A stretch of 64,000 nucleotides of DNA. It comes from Scenedesmus sp. PABB004. Taxonomy: Eukaryota. Where the stretch lies: assembly GCA_014905635.1 (NCBI GenBank), contig JABVCE010000003.1, positions 62,001-126,000 on the forward strand, read 5' to 3'. A program made the translations under genes and the position numbers. Shown one piece after another: positions 60,446-64,000 of the stretch (its first letter is position 1; every line of letters starts with the position of its first letter). The notes beneath the pieces are model-generated. The model worked only from the letters and a program-made list of their open reading frames with translations, ran no database searches and was not told the origin of the DNA.

Positions 60446-62943
60446 ATGCAGCTGCGCGCGCGCGTGGGGTCGGCTGGCGCGGCGAGTTCGCACCCGGGGA
60501 CGTCCATGAGCTCGGCGCCGCGGCTGGCGCGATTCATGCAGCGCCGCTGCGCTGGCGCCGCTGCTGTCGGAGCCGCGGCGCTGAGCAGGCCGCCGCGCCT
60601 GCTGCCGCCCGCCGGGAGGCCCCTGACGATCGCGCGGGCTCAGGCCGACGGCGGCGCCGAGCCTGAAGGCGGGGTGCGGGCCCGCGCGACGCGCTGCGCT
60701 GCCGGCAGCCAGCGCGCGACGTGCTCGCAGCACGCGCGCCGAGCCCGCGCCGCGCCGCACGCAGGCGCCGCTGGGCAGCAGGCTCGGCGCCATCGCTGCG
60801 GCGGCGGCCGTGTTTCTCGGCGGCTACGGCGCGGGGCTGGCCTCGTCCGACCTGGTCGCCGACGTGAGGACGGCGGAGGCGCACCGCGTGGAGCTCGCGG
60901 CGGCGGCGCCGCGCGCGCCCGTGCGGCCGGTGTCGCTGGCGCTGCCGGACCAGGTGCGCGGCGCGGCGGCGCGTGCGCACACGTGCCGCGCGGCGGCGGC
61001 GGCGGCGGCGGCGGCGGCCGACCGCGCGCGCCGCGCGCCCGCGCGGGCCCCGCAGGCGGCGAGCGAGCAGGTGTCGGCGGCGGCGCAGGCGGGGCTGTCC
61101 CCGGACGAGCTGGCCACGATCCGCGTCTTCCAGGCCAACACGCCGAGCGTGGTCAACATCACCAACATCCGCGCGATGCAGGCGCGGCGCACGCGCGCGG
61201 CGCCCCGCGCTGCCTGCGTTGCCCCCCCCCCCTTCCCCGCCTCACGTCCCCGCCTCACGCACACGCCCGCGGCACCGCGTCTTTGTCGCGCGCGCAGAGC
61301 TACTACACCATGGACATCGAAAAGATCCCCGCTGGCACGGGCAGCGGCTTCGTGTGGGACAAGCAGGGTGCGGCGGGCCGGCGCGCGCCCACGCGCCGCC
61401 CCGCGCCCCACGCGCCGCGCCGCGCCGCGCCATGCCGCGGCCGGCGACCCACGCCGCCCGGCCCGGCCGCCGCGCCGCCGCCGCTGCCTCCCGTCAGGGC
61501 ACGTGATCACCAACTTCCACGTGAGCCCACGTGGGAGGGGCGGGGGCGCTCCGCGCGCGCGCCCCGCTTCTGCAGCCCGCGCGGCGGCGCCCACGCCCGC
61601 GCCCCGCGACTGCGCGCGACTGCGCCGCGGCGCCGCGCCGCCGCCGCGCCCTGGCAGGTGATCAAGGGCGCGAACGAGGTCAAGGTCACGCTGCTGGACC
61701 AGTCGAGCTACGACGCGCGCGTGGTGGGCGCCGACGCGGACAAGGACATCGCGGTGCTGCAGCTCACCGGCATGCCGCCCGAGCGGCTCGCCGCGCTGCA
61801 GCCCGTCACGGTCGGGGCGTCGTCGGGGCTGCAGGTCGGGCAGAAGGTGTACGCGATCGGTGCGCGCGCGCCGCCGCGCCCCGCGCCGCCCGCGCGCCCG
61901 GGCCGACGCGAGGGGCGGCGGCCCCCGACACCGCGCCGCGCGCTGCGCCGCGTGCAGGCAATCCCTTTGGCCTGGACCACACGCTGACGCAGGGCATCAT
62001 CAGCGGCCTGGGGCGGGAGCTGAACACGGGGCTGTTCCCCATCAAAAACGTCATCCAGACCGACGCCGCGATCAACCCGGGCAACTCCGGCGGCGTGCTG
62101 CTCGACAGCAAGGGGCGCCTCATCGGCATCAACACCGCCATCGCAGACCCAACGGGTGCGTGTGTGCATGTGTGTGCGCGCGCGCGCGGGCGGGGGCGTG
62201 CTGGCTGACCCTGGGCGCGCCCGCGGCGGCGGCGGCTCCAGGCGGGCCGAGCTGCCACGCCGCCGCCGCGCCGCCCGCGCGCGCGCGCGCAGGCAAGGGC
62301 GCGAGCAGCGGCGTGGGGTTTGCGATCCCCATCGACGCGGTGCGCGGCCTGGTGGGCCAGATCCTGCGGTACGGCCGCGTCATGCGGCCCAGCCTCGGCG
62401 TCGTCATCGCGCCGCCCGCGGCGCTGCAGCGCGTCGGCGAGCGCGGCGTGCTGGTGCTCGACGTGAGCCGCGGCGGCGCGGCGGCGGCGCACGGGGGCGG
62501 GCGGGGGCGGGAGCGCGCCGCCGCGCCGCCGCGCCGGCGCCCACGCCCGCCCGCACCGCACGGCGGCGCCCGCGCGCGCGCCGCGCAGGTGCAGCCCGGC
62601 TCGCCGGCGGCGCGCGCGGGGCTGCGCCCGACCAGCCGCGCGCCCGGCGGCGACCTGGTGCTGGGCGACATCATCACCGCCATCGACGGCAAGCCGGTGC
62701 GGCGCCGCCGGCGCGGCGGCGGCGGCGCGCGCGCGCGCGCGGGGCGCTGCGGGCCGGCCGCCGGGCGCGCGGCCGCGGCTCACGCGCCGCGCCGCGCAGG
62801 TCGGCGGCGTGGCGGAGCTGCTGGAGCAGCTGGACGCGAAGCGCGTCGGGGACAAGGTGGTGGTCGAGGTCACGCGGGGCCGGGCGCACCTCAGCTTCAC
62901 GGTCACGCTGGCGGACCGCGTGCTCGGCAGCGGCGCCGAGTGA
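60446..62943 (+). CDS. DEG1: Deg/HtrA serine protease with PDZ domain, DEG1-like (thylakoid lumen)
   Basis: [39 protein letters not shown] (His), DKDIAVL (Asp), [14 protein letters not shown] (Ser), [13 protein letters not shown]...[12 protein letters not shown]. Start uncertain. Confidence 0.92.
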
Positions 62944-63317
62944 CGCGGCGCCGGCGCAGGGCGTGCGAGGGGCGGGGCGCGCCGCCGCGCGCAGCGCCCC
63001 TGCTGCCTGCCTGTCATCATGCCACCTTGCCATCACGCCATCATGCGAGCGAGAGCGAGTGCGTCCGCCGCCGCGGCGGGGGGGGGGGGGGGGGGGGGGG
63101 GCGTGTTCAGTAGCGGCGGCTGCCCGGCCGGCTGGAGTTGCCGGCTGCGCGGGGCAGCCGGTGTGTGCGTGTGAGAATGCGCGGCGGCGCCGCGCGTTTG
63201 GCGGCCGCGCAGCGGCAGTTTTGGGCATCATCGCGGGGCGGCGTGCGCGGCGGGGCCGGCAGCAATAAGCAGCGCGGGCCCCAGCGCCTGCAGGCGCGCC
63301 TGTAACCTCGCCAGGGC

Positions 63318-63328
63318 AAAAGGCAAAA
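63318..63328 (-). terminator. RNA polymerase III terminator (two T4 runs) of the permuted tRNA
   Basis: TTTTGCCTTTT, 9 nt downstream of the 5' half on the minus strand. Confidence 0.7.
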
Positions 63329-63336
63329 GCACCAGG

Positions 63337-63337
<1 letters not shown>

Positions 63338-63367
<30 letters not shown>

Positions 63368-63488
63368 TCACCGCCAACCACCGGGGTGGTGTGCGTATAG
63401 TCTGATTGCACAGACAGATTCAATGAGCTCACACGGTAGAATCACGCGGTGAGCAGGATTTGAACCTGCGCGGGAACTCCCAATTGAT
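63338..63488 (-). tRNA. tRNA-Ser(AGA): Circularly permuted tRNA-Ser(AGA): 3' half (63488-63445) upstream of 5' half (63374-63338), 70-nt spacer
   Basis: 5' half GCGGTGA TG GCC GAGCGGTTAA GGC G ATTGA CT AGA A. 3' half A TCAAT TGGGAGTTCCCGC GCAGG TTCAAAT CCTGC TCACCGC G. Acceptor (GCGGTGA/TCACCGC), anticodon (ATTGA/TCAAT), D and T stems pair perfectly. Long variable arm and G73 fit Ser. Confidence 0.93.
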
Positions 63489-63530
63489 CGCATGCCGGTG
63501 CATGGGTGCGTCCGAAATCATCGACTTAAA

Positions 63531-63537
63531 TTATATA
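63531..63537 (-). promoter_or_regulatory. TATA box upstream of the permuted tRNA gene
   Basis: TATATAA (minus strand GCGTATATAATTTAAG), ~43 nt upstream of the 3' half. It is one of very few AT-rich tracts in the window. Confidence 0.65.
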
Positions 63538-63827
63538 CGCTTGATGTCTAATGTTTTTGGAGCCGTTTTTCTCCCCGACCGCGGCGATTTCGGCCCGGGA
63601 AAAACGCCCAGTCACATCAGGGTCCATCGATCTTTCACCTCAGCCCGGGCGAAAAACGAACTCAAACAAAAAAGCGCACACGTCAGACCCACCCCTCCAC
63701 CCGCGCGTGCGCGCGGCCGGCCGGCCCGCGCGCGCCAGGCGCGCCCGCCCACGTGCCTCCAGCACCACCCGGCTGCTGCCGCCGGTGGACAGCGCGCCGG
63801 GGCTGCAGCTGCGCACCCTCAGCGGCA

Positions 63828-64000
63828 TCACTCGGGCGCCGTCCCCGGCTCTCCGGCGCCGCGCCGCGCGCCGCCGAGACCCGCCGGCCGCTGCCGCTTG
63901 GCCGTGGACAGCACCGCCTCCAGCGACATGTGCGCAAACGCTGCCTGCTGCGCCGCGCTGCGCTGCGCCGCCATGGCGGCTGCAGAGACGATGGATGCCG
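63828..64000 (-). CDS. Possible 3' end of a gene entering from the right edge
   Basis: Open frame ASIVSAAAMAAQRSAAQQAAFAHMSLEAVLSTAKRQRP...TAPE* with coding-like codons. No family recognised. Confidence 0.3.
   Translation of the reverse strand, partial: ASIVSAAAMAAQRSAAQQAAFAHMSLEAVLSTAKRQRPAGLGGARRGAGEPGTAPE

Noticed and set aside
63375..63444. C/D or H/ACA snoRNA in the tRNA spacer
   Set aside because: No convincing RTGATGA/CTGA pair or H/ACA boxes on the transcribed strand.
63338..63488. Two unrelated tRNA pseudogene fragments or a tandem-duplication remnant
   Set aside because: The halves are exactly complementary, non-overlapping, split precisely at 37/38, and flanked by pairing leader/trailer sequences, a TATA box and a T-run terminator.

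Overview
Extremely GC-rich, gene-dense eukaryotic nuclear DNA. Short spliceosomal introns, plastid-targeted genes (Tic40, DEG1, RNase II) and TGTAA poly(A) signals point to a chlorophyte green alga, probably Sphaeropleales (inference). About 26 intron-containing protein genes can be read: a Tic40-like STI1 protein end, TEY MAP kinase, coiled-coil protein, PPR protein, PHR1/PSR1-like MYB-CC factor, stand-alone BPL_N protein, purple acid phosphatase, ATG4, RNase II, YchF/OLA1, secreted heme peroxidase, 4E-binding-motif protein, Tic40, UBL-UBA protein, expansin-like protein, ThiE-like protein, a hypothetical protein, a degenerate CPBP membrane protein, RGG-WD40 protein, oxalate decarboxylase-like bicupin, mTERF, STEEP1/DUF167, Tim17, DEG1 and a possible gene end at the right edge. 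Most long ORFs in the supplied track are GC-driven shadow frames. Strongest observations: (1) a circularly permuted tRNA-Ser(AGA) gene at 63338-63488 (-), with the 3' half upstream of the 5' half. (2) A ~500-bp inverted repeat pair (3131-3645 / 10065-10630) with a 254-bp core carrying 3 mismatches. It encloses a divergent gene pair, supplies both genes' C-termini and stop codons, and lies directly upstream of the two outward-pointing regulators (MAPK and MYB-CC). (3) An unusually high number of GC-AG introns. (4) A P1BS palindrome in the phosphatase gene near a PHR1-like factor. Exon boundaries and start codons were read by eye and are approximate.
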